Below are positions 41,701-55,755 of a stretch of 64,000 nucleotides of DNA, piece after piece. The position numbers and the translations under genes are program-made. This DNA is from Rotaria socialis. Its lineage: Eukaryota. Within the stretch, counting starts at the first letter, position 1. Each line of letters begins with the position of its first letter. The stretch is taken from positions 124,001-188,000 of the forward strand of contig CAJNYD010000293.1 in NCBI GenBank assembly GCA_905331295.1, written 5' to 3'. The notes under the pieces were generated by a model that was given only the letters and a program-made list of their open reading frames with translations, did not search any database and had not been told where the DNA came from.

Positions 41701-44586
41701 AAAATTCAAACATTCTGACGAAATCTTTTCGTTCATTAGAAAATAAAACAATTGAATTTGTTAAAAATGAATTAGAATTAATCGAACGATTTTGTGAAAT
41801 AATGCAACAATCTGATCCAGATATGATTGTTTGTTACGATATGAAATTATCTTTATATTATTTAATAAAACGAGCAAAATTAAAATATAAGTTAGATCTA
41901 TTAATGAAATTAAGTCGTATCCCAGAACCACAAGATAATACTACACGTAGTCGAAGTCATATGACTGCTAATGGAGATGATTTACCAGTTATAATTGGAA
42001 GAGTAGTACTTGATTTATGGCGAATACTGAGAAGTGAAATAACATTAAATATATATACATTTGAAAATGCAATGTACCATGTATTACATGAACGTGTACC
42101 ACATTATGATATAAGTCTAATTTCAAAATGGCTCATTGATGAAGGTTACTTTTACTTTGAAAAACGCTTTTGATTTAAAGATGAATTATTTTTAGGATTT
42201 AATCCATCATTTGGTTTAAGAGATTTTGTGAGTCTATTAGATTATGGTTGGATGCATTCAGTGGGTAATTTTCGATTAATGCATGAATTGGATTTAATTA
42301 ATAAAACATCAGAATTTGCACGAATATATGGAATTGAATTTTATCATGTAAGAATTCGTTTGCAACATTCATTCAAGAGAAAATTTGAACTTATTCAGAG
42401 TACCTTCAGGAATTTATACGCTCTTTGATAGAGATCGTCCTTGAGTAACTTTCTGTAGATCGGGGAACAAAATAAAAAGACAATCATAGATGCTGTATCA
42501 GCTATAGGAAACTTGTTGAATGGACGAGCTAAACTCGATGTTAAACTTTGTTGTACTATTTAATGAAGATTTAATTTCTTGTTACATTTAGGTTCTTTCG
42601 CGTGGTTCTCAATATCGTGTTGAATCGATGATGATTCGACTTGCTAAATGCTCAGATTATGTTACTGTTACTCCAGATAACAAGCAACGATTACATATGC
42701 GTGCACCTGAATGTATTGCATTGACACTTGAACCTATTTCAAACATTTATTTTACGCCCATAGCTGTATTAGATTTTCAATCGCTATATCCATCAATCGT
42801 AATGGCATATAATATTTGTTATTCGACCTGTCTTGGACGTGTTGATCAACTTGATAAACAAGGTCCATTTAAATTTGGTTGTACATCATTAAAAATACCT
42901 GATCGGATTTTATCAACTTTGAATCCTGACAAGGATATTTTTTGTTCGCCCAACGGTGTTGCATTTGTTAAAAGACATATCCGTCGAGGAATATTGTCGG
43001 TAATGCTTGAAGAAATATTAGCAACACGTGTTATGGTTAAAAATACAATGAAATTAGTTGATAAAAAATCAGCACTCTATAAAACATTAGATGCAAGACA
43101 ATTATGCTTAAAATTAATTGCTAATGTTACTTTTGGATATACATCAGCTAGTTTTAGTGGACGAATGCCATGTGTTGAGGTAAATTGTAGTCGGATTATC
43201 TGTTCGCATTTATCTTTTACATAAATATATGACATGACAGAGAAAAAGTTGATGTTCCCCTCCCCCATTCCAAGAAGTTATGAAATCAATATTTATGGAC
43301 TCAAATTTAAAGCATGACTGTCTTTTTTTGATTTAAATAACTTTTATAATTGTTTATTTTTTAACAATAGATTGGTGATACAATTGTTTATACTGCTCGT
43401 ACTGTTCTCGAACGTGCCATTGATTTTATTAAAACAAATCCACATTTTGGTGGTCGTGTTGTTTATGGTGATACAGTATGTTTGTTTTCTCAACAAAAAC
43501 ACAAACTCAACTTATATTCATTTTCTTCTCTTCTAGGATTCATTATTTATTCAATTTCCACATTCAACTCGTGCACAAGCTTTTGATCAATCTCATCTAC
43601 TTGTTAAAGCACTTAATCAACTATACCCATCACCAATAAAAATTAAATTCGAAAAAATCTATTTGCAAAGTGTTTTAGCATCTAAAAAGCGTTATGTTGG
43701 CCTGTCATATGAAACTGTTGATCAACAACAAGGTAAATTCGATGCTAAAGGTATTGAAACAATTCGTCGCGATACATGTTTCATGGTATCGAAAATTCTT
43801 CAACAATCACTTAAATTATTATTTCAAACGAAAGATGTAACACGTGTACGTCGATATGTTCAATCTGAATGTGAAAAAATTCTATCCAATCGTTTTAATT
43901 TACTTGATTTTATTTTTGCTAAAGAATACCGTGGCAAAGAAAGATATCATCCAGCGGCGCCTGTGCCAGCTTTACGTATTGCATTAGAACGTGCAAAAAC
44001 AAATCCATTGGCTGAGCCAAATAAAGGTGAACGTGTACCGTATGTTATTGGTTTTAATTCTGAATCATTGAATGCAAATTTAATTGATTGTGTTTGGACA
44101 TTAGATAGAGTATTTAAATATAAATCACAATTTAAACTTAATTCTATGTATTATATAAAGAAACAAATTTTACCAGCACTCGATCGATGTTTAGCATTGA
44201 TTGGTGTTAATGTTTTTAAATGGATTGACAAATTATCAATAGATATGAATTCAAATGAGAAACAACCGGGACAAATTTTATTGGATGGAACTAATCTTCG
44301 GCGGCGATGTTTTATATGTTCACAGTTAACAAATGCGCCATTATGTAATGAATGTCGACATGAAGAAGATTTATCTGAAATAATGATTATATGTGAAAAT
44401 AAAGCAAATAAATTCGAACGACAACATGCTAATTTACAAAGATTATGTTTTGCATGTTCAGATCGTATCGATGGATGGTCTCAATGTTCAACTATTGATT
44501 GTCCAATTAGATTTGGTCTTCATAAAACTACACAATTAATGCAAAATGCACAAGAAACACGAATGTTTGTATATAATGAATGTTAG
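38716..44586 (+). CDS. REV3: DNA polymerase zeta catalytic subunit, ~20 introns, roughly 1,400 aa
   Basis: N-terminal motifs VPIIRIFG, CLHVHGVFPY, PIYGYH, FQPHEAHVPFNLQFFIDYNLYGMN and NPGLQALW. PolB motifs LDFQSLYPS, KLIANVTFGY, YGDT|DS, KKRYVG and KGIETIRRD. C-terminal CysA and CysB clusters are present. Confidence 0.95.
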
Positions 44587-44785
44587 GTCTCATGATTATC
44601 TTCTTGCTTCTTTTTTAATTTGTCATACGACATTTATTATCAAAATAAACAAAACTGTACTGTGATCGTCTTATCAAAATTGTTACTATTAAGTGCAATG
44701 AAATGACGCAATAACATAAATAGCCAAGGAGAAAAAGCTCATATTTTTCTTAATGAGATTTATGGATCAGTTTCAGTTTTAAGCT

Positions 44786-45126
44786 CCCAGGTGAATGAAT
44801 CCTATGACGTCCTATCGGATCTGATGGGATTCCGGGTTACGGATTGACTGTCGGTTCTGACGGAAAAAATTTTTTTTTTTCAATTAGGGGTGAATATGCA
44901 CATTTTCTCATAAGAACACTAGGGTCATACGTTCATGTCGGATTCCGTTAATTTTCAACACTGGATCCTATTGAATTCCTACAACAAGGATTCGACTGTA
45001 GGTCCTGATCCCGGAATCCTATAGGATTTCGTTGGTTTTATTGGAGTCCATGGATATTTGGCATATTCACGGTCTGACCCTTGTCGGAATCCGATAGGAT
45101 CCTAGTCTCGGAATGGCTCTTCTGCG
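44786..45126. mobile_element. MITE with CCCAGG-type terminus, degenerate copy of the family at 54515-54860
   Basis: It starts CCCAGGTGAATGAATCC and has many internal GGATTC/GAATCC/TCGGA sub-repeats. The right end is decayed. Confidence 0.6.
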
Positions 45127-45369
45127 ATGTTTTTTCTTCTAAAAACTTCATACTTGTAATTTATTGTTAATTGATGATATTGAACTTAATTTTAAATTAA
45201 TATAAATGGTTCACCCCTACACGTGTAGTGTTATTTTTCATAAATTACTATATCTGTCTTTAGAACCTTGTCATTTTTTACTCCATCAAAAGTAGCACAA
45301 TCTTACTACCACGTAAAAAATTAATGCAAATCGTATTTTTTGATCTAAAACACAGAGTTAATGATCAGA

Positions 45370-45545
45370 AGAAGTTTTCTTGGGTATATATGAATATTAC
45401 AAGAATAGACATTTATAATACAAATAAAAATCCTAAATCACAATGTGAACTAGAAAATGCTGTCGATGAAGTTTTAAATGGTTTATCATCAAGTGTTATG
45501 CAAGCATGCATTAAAAAGACTCAAAAAGTATATAGAGTTTGTAAG
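45370..45545 (+). pseudogene. Tc1/mariner/IS630-type transposase C-terminal remnant
   Basis: FSWVYM...IY...NPKSQCELENAVDEVLNGLSSSVMQACI resembles the helical tail that follows the last catalytic residue of DDE/D transposases (W.YlK..vY...P.t..eL..ai...w..i). Confidence 0.4.
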
Positions 45546-45711
45546 GTGCAGGAAATTCGAAATTTTAGCAAAAAATTTTGTTTTAAATAATTTATCTATC
45601 GTTTGATAGAGCTCATCAAACTGTCTAAGAAAATCTATTTTGAAAAAGTAATCCCTGCTTTTTTCATTAAATAAAATTCAAAAAACATTAGAAAATTCCA
45701 GCTATAGATAT

Positions 45712-46492
45712 CCCAAGTCAACCCGAACGCTGCTAGTACGCGCACGGTACAACACACCTCGTACGCGTACGATCGTCACGCGAAATGCGCGCACCGAGCA
45801 TGTCGGACACGCGTACGCCATGCGCACGAGAGTGCATTTATGCATTTTCGTAATTTTCTCATTGGCTCATTTTGAAATTTCATTAGTCACTCATATCCCA
45901 TCAAACGTATTGCTTAGAATTATTATATTAATTTTTATTTTATTTAAATTTAAAACTAAATTTTACAAAAAAATTAAAAATCTTTAAACACATTACATCT
46001 AGCTAAAAGCAATCGCTAACAAATAAAACTAAAAAGACTAATACAAAACAATAATAATAAATAAAATAAAATAAATATATAAAAAATAAAATATACTAAA
46101 GCAAATAAATAAAGAAAACTGTACAAAATAAAATAAAATAAACTAAAACGAATAAATATAGAAAAATGTACAAAAGCTAAAATGAAATAAAATAAAATAA
46201 ATCTACGAAAAATAAGATTAAATAAATCTAGAAAAAATATAAAAATATTTAGTTATGTGAAAATTACATAACAACATATAGATGATTTACTTAAAACCGT
46301 TAAGTATATTCAAACAAGTCTTTCTCTTTTTCGACCATTGTTGAATTACTAGCCTCTTTAATGGGGAGTTGTTAGACATACGCGTGCCGTACAAATGAAC
46401 ACGGCTTGTACACGCACGTACATGTGGCGAGACGCGTACCAAGCGCATAAAGCGTGTTGTGCGCGTACTAGTAGCGTTCTAGTTGGCTTGGG
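45712..46492. mobile_element. Non-autonomous TIR element with CCC termini and an internal (AAATA)-rich spacer
   Basis: The left end CCCAAGTCAACCCGAACGCTGCTAGTACGCGCAC matches the reverse complement of the right end GTGCGCGTACTAGTAGCGTTCTAGTTGGCTTGGG. CG-rich subterminal repeats are present. No clear TSD. Confidence 0.8.
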
Positions 46493-47031
46493 GAGGTGAC
46501 ACCTTATTATCGCCTAATTTTTCATTGGTTCGCACGTTACCTCTCGATAATGTTGACTTACACAGCTTTCGTTTTTCTGAAGCAACTATACGTGTAACTA
46601 TTCCTACACATTATATCATTTTGATAAATAATATTTGCTGTTTAAATAATTGTTTATTTACATTAAATATTCGTTCCATTCATATTTCACTTTACTCATC
46701 ATCAAATATTGTCGATATCAATTGGAATTCATTACATGTATTGTCGTTACTTCCATTGTTAAAATCACTACGCATTGTTGTATATAATGAAAAAAAGATT
46801 CTCGATAGCAAAGATTGTCAAATAATCGTCGAAATATTGTCGATGCTCAACAACTTTGCCTTTTGTTTTCGAACAAATAATGATTATTGTAGAGATACTG
46901 CTATTGATATCTATGACGTCTATGGTAAATCAATAGTCAACTTGCGCCATCATATATTTACTTATTTACTTGATCAACAATTTGATATCATTATCGAGTC
47001 CGATGGCTGCGGACTAGCTGTGTGGTTGTGA
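46493..47031 (+). pseudogene. 5'-truncated gene fragment, leucine-rich (LRR/F-box-associated-like C-terminus)
   Basis: A ~180-codon open frame with LxxLxxLxxLxI periodicity begins abruptly at a transposon end and has no native start. Confidence 0.45.
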
Positions 47032-48789
47032 TTGATAAATATGTAGAATATATTTATTCATAATAGTTGTCGAATTTAATATTATAATTATGAATATAAG
47101 TTCATGCTTAGGCGTTTGATGATTATTTACTTTTTCTGAAAACACAGATATGACTATCAACAAAATAAGCATGAGTGAGACAATGAGATATAATTTGACT
47201 AATATTATTTCTTTTAAAATAAAATATTGTCAACGGTTTCTCTGAAACATTCAAAAATTGAACCGGTTAGTCAATTGTTATTTATGGCATTCGAAAGAGC
47301 ATAGTAACAACGAAATTTTGTTCATATAAGACTATGAGCGGCGGAGCCACTGGACTTGGGGAGGCTCAAATGTTAAAAAATATTTTAGACGTAATCGCGA
47401 GTTTACGCCTTATTAGCGAAAACTGAACAAACGTTGACTCGTGTTTTTTTCTGAATGGTATATCCAGTCAAATGTTAGATAGTTCATATATATCGCTATA
47501 TTTTTATGATCATAAACATTTATCTCTGCTTCAGTTTTTCAACAACAATTTGAAGTAATAGACGAACACGAATCTTTTGGCAGACAAAATCTTTACTAGA
47601 TAGTGTGGAAGCAGTATATTCACTAATGTTCACGTAGTTAGTGCGAATATATTATCAATTAATTTAACTGACCGCATTAAAACTCCTTGTTTATAACATG
47701 TAACGAAGATAGAGAATGTAGATAATATATACAAAAGAATTGAAATCATTAGTGACGTATCAAACATTTGGTTTTAATAATAATTTAATAAGTTAGAAGT
47801 GCTAAAAAGACCAGTGAAAGTACAATCATTTTGGTGAAGTAGCAATAAAGCACTCAGATGATGATTTCATTCAATTTGTCTTATCGAATAAAAGACGTCT
47901 AAATTTAGTTGTTTTCACGTATTGCTTCACCATTAGTGTTTTATTATAAAACGATCTGTGCATTTACAGTTAAATTTTCCGAATTACATAAGAATACTCT
48001 AATCTCTATTCTTTTTAATAGTCATTTGATAAACAAATAACGTTTTCTTAACAGAGAAAAAAGAATTTTATAATGTTTAAGACAAGAATAGCAAAAAAAG
48101 TCTTTTTTAGATTAACAAAAATGCCTGTGTCAGTTGTGAAAATCTGTTTTAGATGCCACATTTATAGAGAAATGGATTTTCTCATTGTTAGAATTTTCTT
48201 TTGGATTTAATATTAATAAACAAAAAAGTGCTATTTATTTTTGTATGAACATATTTTTATTTGCTGATTTTCGAACTAAAACAAATATGTTAAACAATGA
48301 ATTGTTTCTTTGATAGTTTTGATTATCACAAAGCAATTTTCTTTGAATCAATGTTTTATATAGATCCTTTCTTTCTTTCGTTTGATATTCTATAGTCAAT
48401 AAGATGTACATACCCAAAGAAGGCAATCAATACTAAATGAAAGTTACATCATCGGAGGGTGTTGGTGTAACTGAAGAGACGAGTCGCAGCCGCATTCTCA
48501 ATTAGATAAGTAGAAGTGTAATAAAGCAACAAACTATGTATAAAGGCACTTGTCTGCCTTAGTGAATGATAGAATGCTGGATTAACGTAATCGTATCTCT
48601 GATCAACACATATTTTGCTATGCAACAACATAGAAACTTTCTCTATTGTCGCTTCGATGTAATACTGCTCTTCCTTATTGTCTTTGAGTTTGATCCAGGC
48701 CTATCAATCTATCGTTGAGAAGTTCCTACAGAATAACATTTCAATTATCATGCTTTCTGATATTTTTGACTTTTTGTTTTCAAATAACT

Positions 48790-49700
48790 GTAGATATATT
48801 TTGAGCATATCAAAACTAGTCTCGTCAACGCGCTATTTCCGTATATAAAACTTAAAGAAATTTCATTTTTTTATGCAATGATAGAGAAAAAGATGCTCTA
48901 TTCTTCTATTATATTTCATCACTATTCAACTAATATTATAACTACAAAATTTCAATAAGATCTGTTTCATTCACATCTGCGATCGTAACATGAATACCCG
49001 TGAGTATTTTTCCAATAACGTTTAACAAAAACAGGATAGAGAATGGTGATTTTCACCGTTAGAAGGAGGAGATGAAGACGCATCGAATCATATATTGTAG
49101 GTTTTTCTAATGTGGCTTCTCAAAGGTTTTTTTGTTCCATTTTCTAACCGTCGGAAAGATACTTTTCTTATGAAAAAAGAAAAAGCAAACAAGTTGCTAG
49201 AAAATCGTAGTAGAGTTTCAGATAGAATCTATAGTATCTCTGAATAATTATATTTAAACATCTCGGCCTCTCACAGTTTGTGAATTTGCGATTAGCGGTT
49301 TGCATACGCACCTGATTCTTGAAAATAAACGGTAAACAACTCATGGTATGTGTTTGTTCTGTAGAAAGCCAATTGACTACTTTACAAGAAAAGCAGGCCA
49401 GGAAATTCTGTAATATATACGAATCGATGTATCTTCATTTTCGATTTACAACGGTGAAAACCGTAGGTCTCTATCTTGTTACTGTCAAAAGTTATTCAAA
49501 ACATGCGTGCATTCATATAACCGCCACATTTCATCACAAACAACTCTGTCGAAATTTTATAACCATGATATTAGCTGAATAGTGATAAACTAGCATAGAA
49601 AAATAGAGCATCGTTTTCTCTATTATTGCATTAAAAAAGTTCCCTCAAGTCTTCTATACGGAAATAAGATAATGACGACACTACTTTTGGTATGCCGTAA
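48790..49700. mobile_element. Degenerate foldback/long-TIR element
   Basis: 48812-48905 is an imperfect reverse complement of 49595-49690, and 49035-49110 of 49405-49480. A related segment lies at 50740-51295. Confidence 0.55.
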
Positions 49701-50267
49701 GGATATGTATATCGACTGATGATGGGCCTCTTTTGAAATATTTTTGTCAGTTAATTATTTAGCAGCATATGAAAACCGAATAATTCTTAATTAGAATATT
49801 ATCTTTCCAAAAACATATTTTCAATAATTGAGTCGATGCCATCGAATAATAACTCTTTTAATGATTGATGTTTTAATTGCCTATTAACCAATTTTTAAAA
49901 ATGACTTGACATTTTGTTCATATTATTTATTTTCTAATAAAATATTTTCGAGAATTTGGTGCGTGTTGCTTTAGAATATAATTGAAATTTTTAATTTACT
50001 TTCTAATAGACTACGAAGCTATTTCTGAAAAGAGATTAGCATACGGAAGATTTTTGAAAAGTGACCACTATATAAACGATGATGTGAGAGATAATGAACA
50101 TGAACTCTCTTACATTATTTTAATTCATTGTAGTATTAAAAAAGAACAAATATCAATGCGTGCTTTTATTTTTTTTTCTAATTTAAAAGCATTTTCTTTT
50201 AAATGAAAACAGCACGTTCTGATAATTCATGAACATGCAAATGATGTTTGTGCAGTTGTTTTATTCA

Positions 50268-53200
50268 TTATTCATCTCCAGCTGCATTATCTTGCTCATC
50301 GACATTTGGCTTCAATCTAAATAGAAAATTGAATAGTTAAAAGCAATCAGATATAGAAGGCCGAACTCACTCAACTACAACATTGTTTTCAGTAAATTTC
50401 CTTTTTAATACATTTCGTTTACTACTTATAACATTGTTCTCGTAATACATAATACCGATTTTTCGTTCCACTGCTGCACACACCGGATGACAAGTCTAAA
50501 ACAAAAAGAATAGTTGAATTTCTGTGCATATCGAAATCTATAGATGCTACCTTATTTTCTATGTAAACTAGCCACCTATGTATACAATGCCGAAATTTAT
50601 TTTGGACTCTCCAACAAATTATAGTAGCCATGGGCGGCGCAAGCTAAAGTTTCTAGGGGTAGCAATAAGTTTATTAAACCGATAATGTTTAATCAATTTT
50701 CTATGTGCTAAAGAAATAGTTTTGCATCAAATAGCAAACAATAAAAGCAAACCTTTTTACAGAAATTGCTAGAAAAATCGCTTACGGCTTCTACTAGAAT
50801 ATCTATGATTCCAGAATAATAAATTCTAAACATGTCAACTCTTTTTGCTGTTGTATAGATCTTTCATTAACGGTTTGAATGCACACGTGATAATAGAAAA
50901 TTCGCTGCACATAACTCGCGAAGTAGATTTATTTTGAAAGAAGACTGAAAAATCTTAAGAAAATCAGAATGAAAAAACCTATAATATACGATTCGATACA
51001 TCTTTATGTCCTCTTTTAAACTGTGAAGACCACAGCTCTCTATCTTGTTCCAATGAAAAGTTACTCAAAAAGTACTCACTTGGCCTTTTTTAATATAATT
51101 AGTGCTACTGTCGCATTTTATAGAAAAAGAACAGTTCTTATGCAGGCTTTTTAATTTTGATATTAAGTGAAGATTGATCAAGTGCCGTAGAAAAAAAAGA
51201 GCATTGTTTTCTCTATCACTATATGAAAAAAGAAAATTGTTTCAAGCTTTCTATACGGAAATACAGTATTGACAACACTACTTTTGGACTGTTCGTAGTA
51301 CATCATAAAAAAATCGAATTGAATATAAAACAGCGGAAATTAATCAAGAGTTTCTTTGTATCAGGAAAGGAAGCGAAAAAATAGTCTTTGTTTCTCCAAC
51401 CATGTAATGCAAACCGACATCAAACTTGACACAAATAAATTTCAGACATACATGATGAAAGTAGAGCCTCAGAAGAAAATAAAGCAAAGCTCATCGTGTA
51501 TAAGCGTTCTTCTAACAATTATCGAAATGTGTATTATTAGGGGTAGCAATAGCTTTTTATTGCTACCCTTAAATTTCCATAGGGGTAGCAATTGATACCC
51601 CTCGCATAGCTGGCGCGCCGCCTATGATAGTAGCTAATCTTATAAAGATATGGCATAATTGATCAAATATCATTTGATATATGGTTGATCCCAAGAGTTT
51701 AAAACACTTTTATTACTTTCGTGTTTTCTTTGAAAAGAAAGAAAGTAAAAGACGTACTTTGAGTGCCATATAAAGTTAGAATCAAGGTCTACACAAGTCA
51801 CCTATCCTTGACATAATTAATTGTAGTGTAACGAAAAAGAAGTAATTTCAATTTTTCTCTAGGAGGCAAAAGTTTAAGAAACTTTTCGTATTTTGTCGAT
51901 TACGTCATTATCAAAAAAGCAGAGACATTTGCCGAAGATATAGCATTATACGCAGCATTGAAGAAGCTACATTAAGGTAAAAAACACTTTTGAAAAATTA
52001 TTCCTTATAATAATTTCTAAAACTTCTTAATTAGAGAAATGTTTTGTTGTTAATTTGCATCTTCAAGTCTATCCGTAGAAAGAGTATTGAAAACTGAATA
52101 ACACTGTATTTTTGTTTTGTAATAACACTATGTGACAGGACTGTTTTGAACACTAATTAAAATTTAATCAATACTCTAATAATAATTAAGAAAACTGCTG
52201 AGGAAAGATCATTAACGTAACTGATAAATCGCTTTTATGTAGGGACAATGTGTAGCATGCAGGTTCTAATGAGTAGTGAATTTCTTGATAAGATTTCGGG
52301 CTTTTAACTTATTGCTGCTGAAAAACTACATTTTTACGGTATTTGTTTTTCATGAATGATTTCCTTGCCTTCAAAGACACCGAGAAAACTCATTAGCGAA
52401 TTTTGACTTGCAATCTTCTATAGAGACCTTAACGGGAGTAGTTTATTATGAAAATTTCAGATCTTTTTGTTGTTCCTATCCAAAGATACAGTTATGACAA
52501 AAGAGTGTCTTCGCTATGGCTAACATATACTAGAAACAAAGCACGCAATCAGCAATGTCACACGCTACTACCAGGTTAAATTGTTTTTTTTTATTCTTTA
52601 GTCTAGCATCATATCAATAATTTGATATGGTTTCATTTGTAATTAAATCATCGATAGGTCTCTTTATGCATGTTAAATATAGGTTCAAATACCCGATTTT
52701 TATTTTGCCATCGATAATAGATCCCCACAAGTCCATTCATAAGCATAAAAGAATTTACCCGATCGAATTCATGAAGTTAGTTTAATTATATTGCTCAGTT
52801 CTGCTCAACGAGAAGTTCAGCAAATTCAGATACTCACTATAACTGATCATCGTTTTCTTTTAATAAAGCGATTGTCGATCTTTTGTCCATTCCTTCTTCA
52901 GAAAGGTCACAATAGATACTACCGGTAGTAACTGACAACAAACACTAGGAAAACAAATTACTGCTTTCAATTAATAGAATCTTTTAAACAAATGTCAACG
53001 TGTTACTGTATTAAAAAGCAAATTTTGATCACTACGACCGCATGTATTCGATGCAGCTACTGAATTACCAATTGATTCCTAGGCGAATTAAAGAAAGAAA
53101 AACATCAAGTAAAATAAAAAGCAACACAACATACCATGCTTTGGTGACTTTTTTCTTTGATGTGAATATCAACTGGTGTTGACTGGGCACAAGTACATAT

Positions 53201-53326
53201 AGCTACTAATTGACCGTTCTCTACAATAATATTCTTTGAAAGACAACTTTGACACGTGTAATGTCCACACCATAAGATAATTAAATTTATATTTGTACTC
53301 CAACATCGATTACACATTTGACTCAT
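50268..53326 (-). pseudogene. Multi-exon gene with N-terminal RING-like finger, disrupted by a hAT insertion
   Basis: The 5' exon reads CNRC..CGHYTCQSC..CTC and is followed by GT-AG-bounded exons. The exon at ~51730-50553 is open once the hAT element is removed. The last exons end ...NAAGDE*. The middle exons could not be resolved, so joining the 5' and 3' parts is inferred. Confidence 0.5.
50629..51626. mobile_element. Non-autonomous hAT element
   Basis: Perfect 8-bp TSD ATAGTAGC at 50621-50628 and 51627-51634. TIRs CATGGGCGGCGC / GCGCCGCCTATG. Subterminal TAGGGGTAGCAAT repeats. Confidence 0.9.
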
Positions 53327-54514
53327 ATTTGCATCGACGATCTACAAAATAAAACATTTCTAAAAGTAGAAAATCATTATTTGGTATATGAAAGTATATA
53401 AATGAAACCGTCTATTTCGAAGTAGTAAATATCTTAGACGATTCTCTACGAAGGAGAATGATTACTTGTTGAAACATTATGTGTGCACATGGCTATTTAC
53501 ATGTAAAATGGCTGGCTGACTATCCTCGCGTTAAGGCTACTGTTTGTTTATTTACTTCCTTCCTGCCGTCTATCACTTTCTTACTTGGGACCTATTTATG
53601 CTTTTGACATAATCTTTATTGGATAGTTGAATGCAAAGGATAAACAATGGATTTGACGTTTTTTCTCTCTTTTGAATTGAAAAGCTATGTATCTCTTACT
53701 CTTTCTAACGAAAATAATTAGTATCTATAACGAAGTAAGTATTACTAGAAAAAAAATAATGTAAATGAATTTGCTCCTTTTTTATTTGTATGATTAAGAT
53801 ATGATAAATTTTATTTCTAAAGACCACTTTGTCAACTTACAACGGAAGGTAGCTTACTGTACGTTAAGGAAATTGATCATATTTAGGTCCAATGAATGCT
53901 CTGACTATCAAACTAACTAATTTAAAATAAGAGTTATCTACAGCGTACACTGTAAAAAAAATAGGTGTTCTACCGAACTTTGAAGGTTTGGTACTATTTT
54001 ACGAAACGATTTTAAGTTCCGTGGCATCAAAATAGCTTCGGAACTTTCATGCAGAACCTTTTTAAGTTCCGAAAGTTGGAAAGGGTTTTGAAGTTTTACT
54101 ACGAAACCATCTAGAAGTTTCATTGAGCGTGAACCGAACTTTTGATAGTTTCGTATTCGTCATACAAAACCATTAGGAGTTCTGAACAGCATATAAAAGT
54201 TCCGCATAAGTTCTCCGAAACCATTCAGGGTTGCGTAAGTCCAGTAAAGGTTCTGGACACATTCTACGAAACTATTTCCGGTTCCGTCAAAGAAATACTG
54301 AACCATTGTATCATTTATGAAGCAGTGAATAGTTCCGTACGATCTATGCTGAACTATTTTATGTTTTACGAAACGAATGAGAGTTTCGTTTAACAAGGAA
54401 AGGTTCCGTGTATCTTATACGAATCTATGGAAAGTTTTGCGAAGCATTTAAAGGTTCAGCATACATTACACGAAACCATTTACACTTTCGTAAATGATAT
54501 AATAGTTCAGTATA

Positions 54515-54860
54515 CCCAGGTGAATCAATCCGACACCGAGTCCCATTGGATTCTATGGGGTCCTACCATCCGACGAAATCCCGTTGAATTCTTAGTTGAG
54601 AAATCAATGTCGGATCCGACAATCGTATTTCCAATGATATCCGATTGTCGGAACCAATGAAATCCGAAGCCTTCCGGTTCCGATTGACGGTTACTGTCGG
54701 ATTTTATTAGTTTCCGATATTAGGATCCGATATCGATTCCGGAACCAGGAATCCGACGATAATCCGATAGTTTTCTTGCGCCTTCCGAAGAGCTCCGTCG
54801 GATTCCAATAGGAACCGATCGGAACTCATCGGATCCTAGCCTAGGATTCATTCTCCTGGG
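54515..54860. mobile_element. MITE nested in the CACTG element
   Basis: TIRs CCCAGGTGAATCAATCC / GGATTCATTCTCCTGGG, flanked by ATA on both sides, with internal TCCGA/TCGGA repeats. Confidence 0.8.
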
Positions 54861-55401
54861 ATATCTTTTGCAAAACCATGGCTAGTTTCGTGGAATATGT
54901 TCGGACCGATTAGAGCCTTTAAACAACTATGAATGGTTTCGTAGAGCTTATCCGGAACTTTTAGATACTCTATAACACTGGCAAAAGTTTCGTAGTATGT
55001 CTACTGAACCTTCAGACAACTGGACGAAACCGTTAATGGTTCCGCAAAAGATATTCAAAACCAATTTATGCCTTTCGAAGTAATTAATAGTTTCGTAAAG
55101 TGGATGCAAAACCTTTGCAACCCTTATAGAGACATGCATGGTTTCGTAACAAATATACGAAACCATCATTCGTATTATATAATTCGCATAAATCATATAT
55201 CTGGCTTTCGAAACTATCTATAGTTTGAAATATGTGTAACAAACCTTAAAATTAGTGGTGAAACTCCTAATGCTTTCCTACACTGTATACGAAAGCATGA
55301 ACACAAACGAAAAAGAATCATAGTGTACTCATCTGTCTTTCGATTCTTTTTTCTGAAAGATTGTTAACGCGTTTTTTAAGGCGCTTGTCTGAATGGAAAT
55401 T

Positions 55402-55508
55402 GTAATAAACCCTTTTTGGGTATGGGACAAAAGTAATAAACCATTTTTGGGTATGGGACAAAAGTAATAAACCCTTTTTTGGGTATGGGACAAAAGTAAT
55501 ATACCCTT
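55402..55508. repeat. Subterminal tandem repeat, ~3.3 copies of a 31-32 bp unit
   Basis: The unit GTAATAAACCCTTTTTGGGTATGGGACAAAA is repeated head to tail with no spacers. Confidence 0.9.
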
Positions 55509-55755
55509 TGAAGGGTTTATGAAAGTGCAACGTATCATAAACCCTTTAAGGGTATATTAATATACGGTTTTTATTTACAGTGTAGTTGTCATGTTAGTTT
55601 ATTAGTCCAAAAAACTGGTTATTTGTTTGCTGTGGATGAGTTCGCATACTTGATACGGAGGTAAGTTTATGGTTTTTGTCGGTTCTTTTTTTGAGCAAGA
55701 CTTATTCACGGGTTTGAAGTAAACAATATTTTTTCTTTCGTGTCTAAAGAGGGAG

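Larger units (their letters stand above)
53948..55582. mobile_element. Non-autonomous CMC/EnSpm-like element with CACTG termini and TA flanks
   Basis: The ends are ta|CACTGTAAAAAAAA and TTTTTATTTACAGTG|ta. The interior is dense in GAACC/GGTTC/CGAAAC sub-repeats. Confidence 0.75.

Noticed and set aside
47333..47372. hAT-like left terminus (ATGAGCGGCGGAGCC...GGGGAGGCT)
   Set aside because: No matching right end or TSD was found.
55402..55508. 31-bp repeats as a CRISPR array
   Set aside because: The units are head to tail with no unique spacers, there are no cas genes, and they sit in a eukaryotic transposon subterminus.
53938..55538. ORFs inside the CACTG element
   Set aside because: They derive from sub-repeats and have no transposase motifs.
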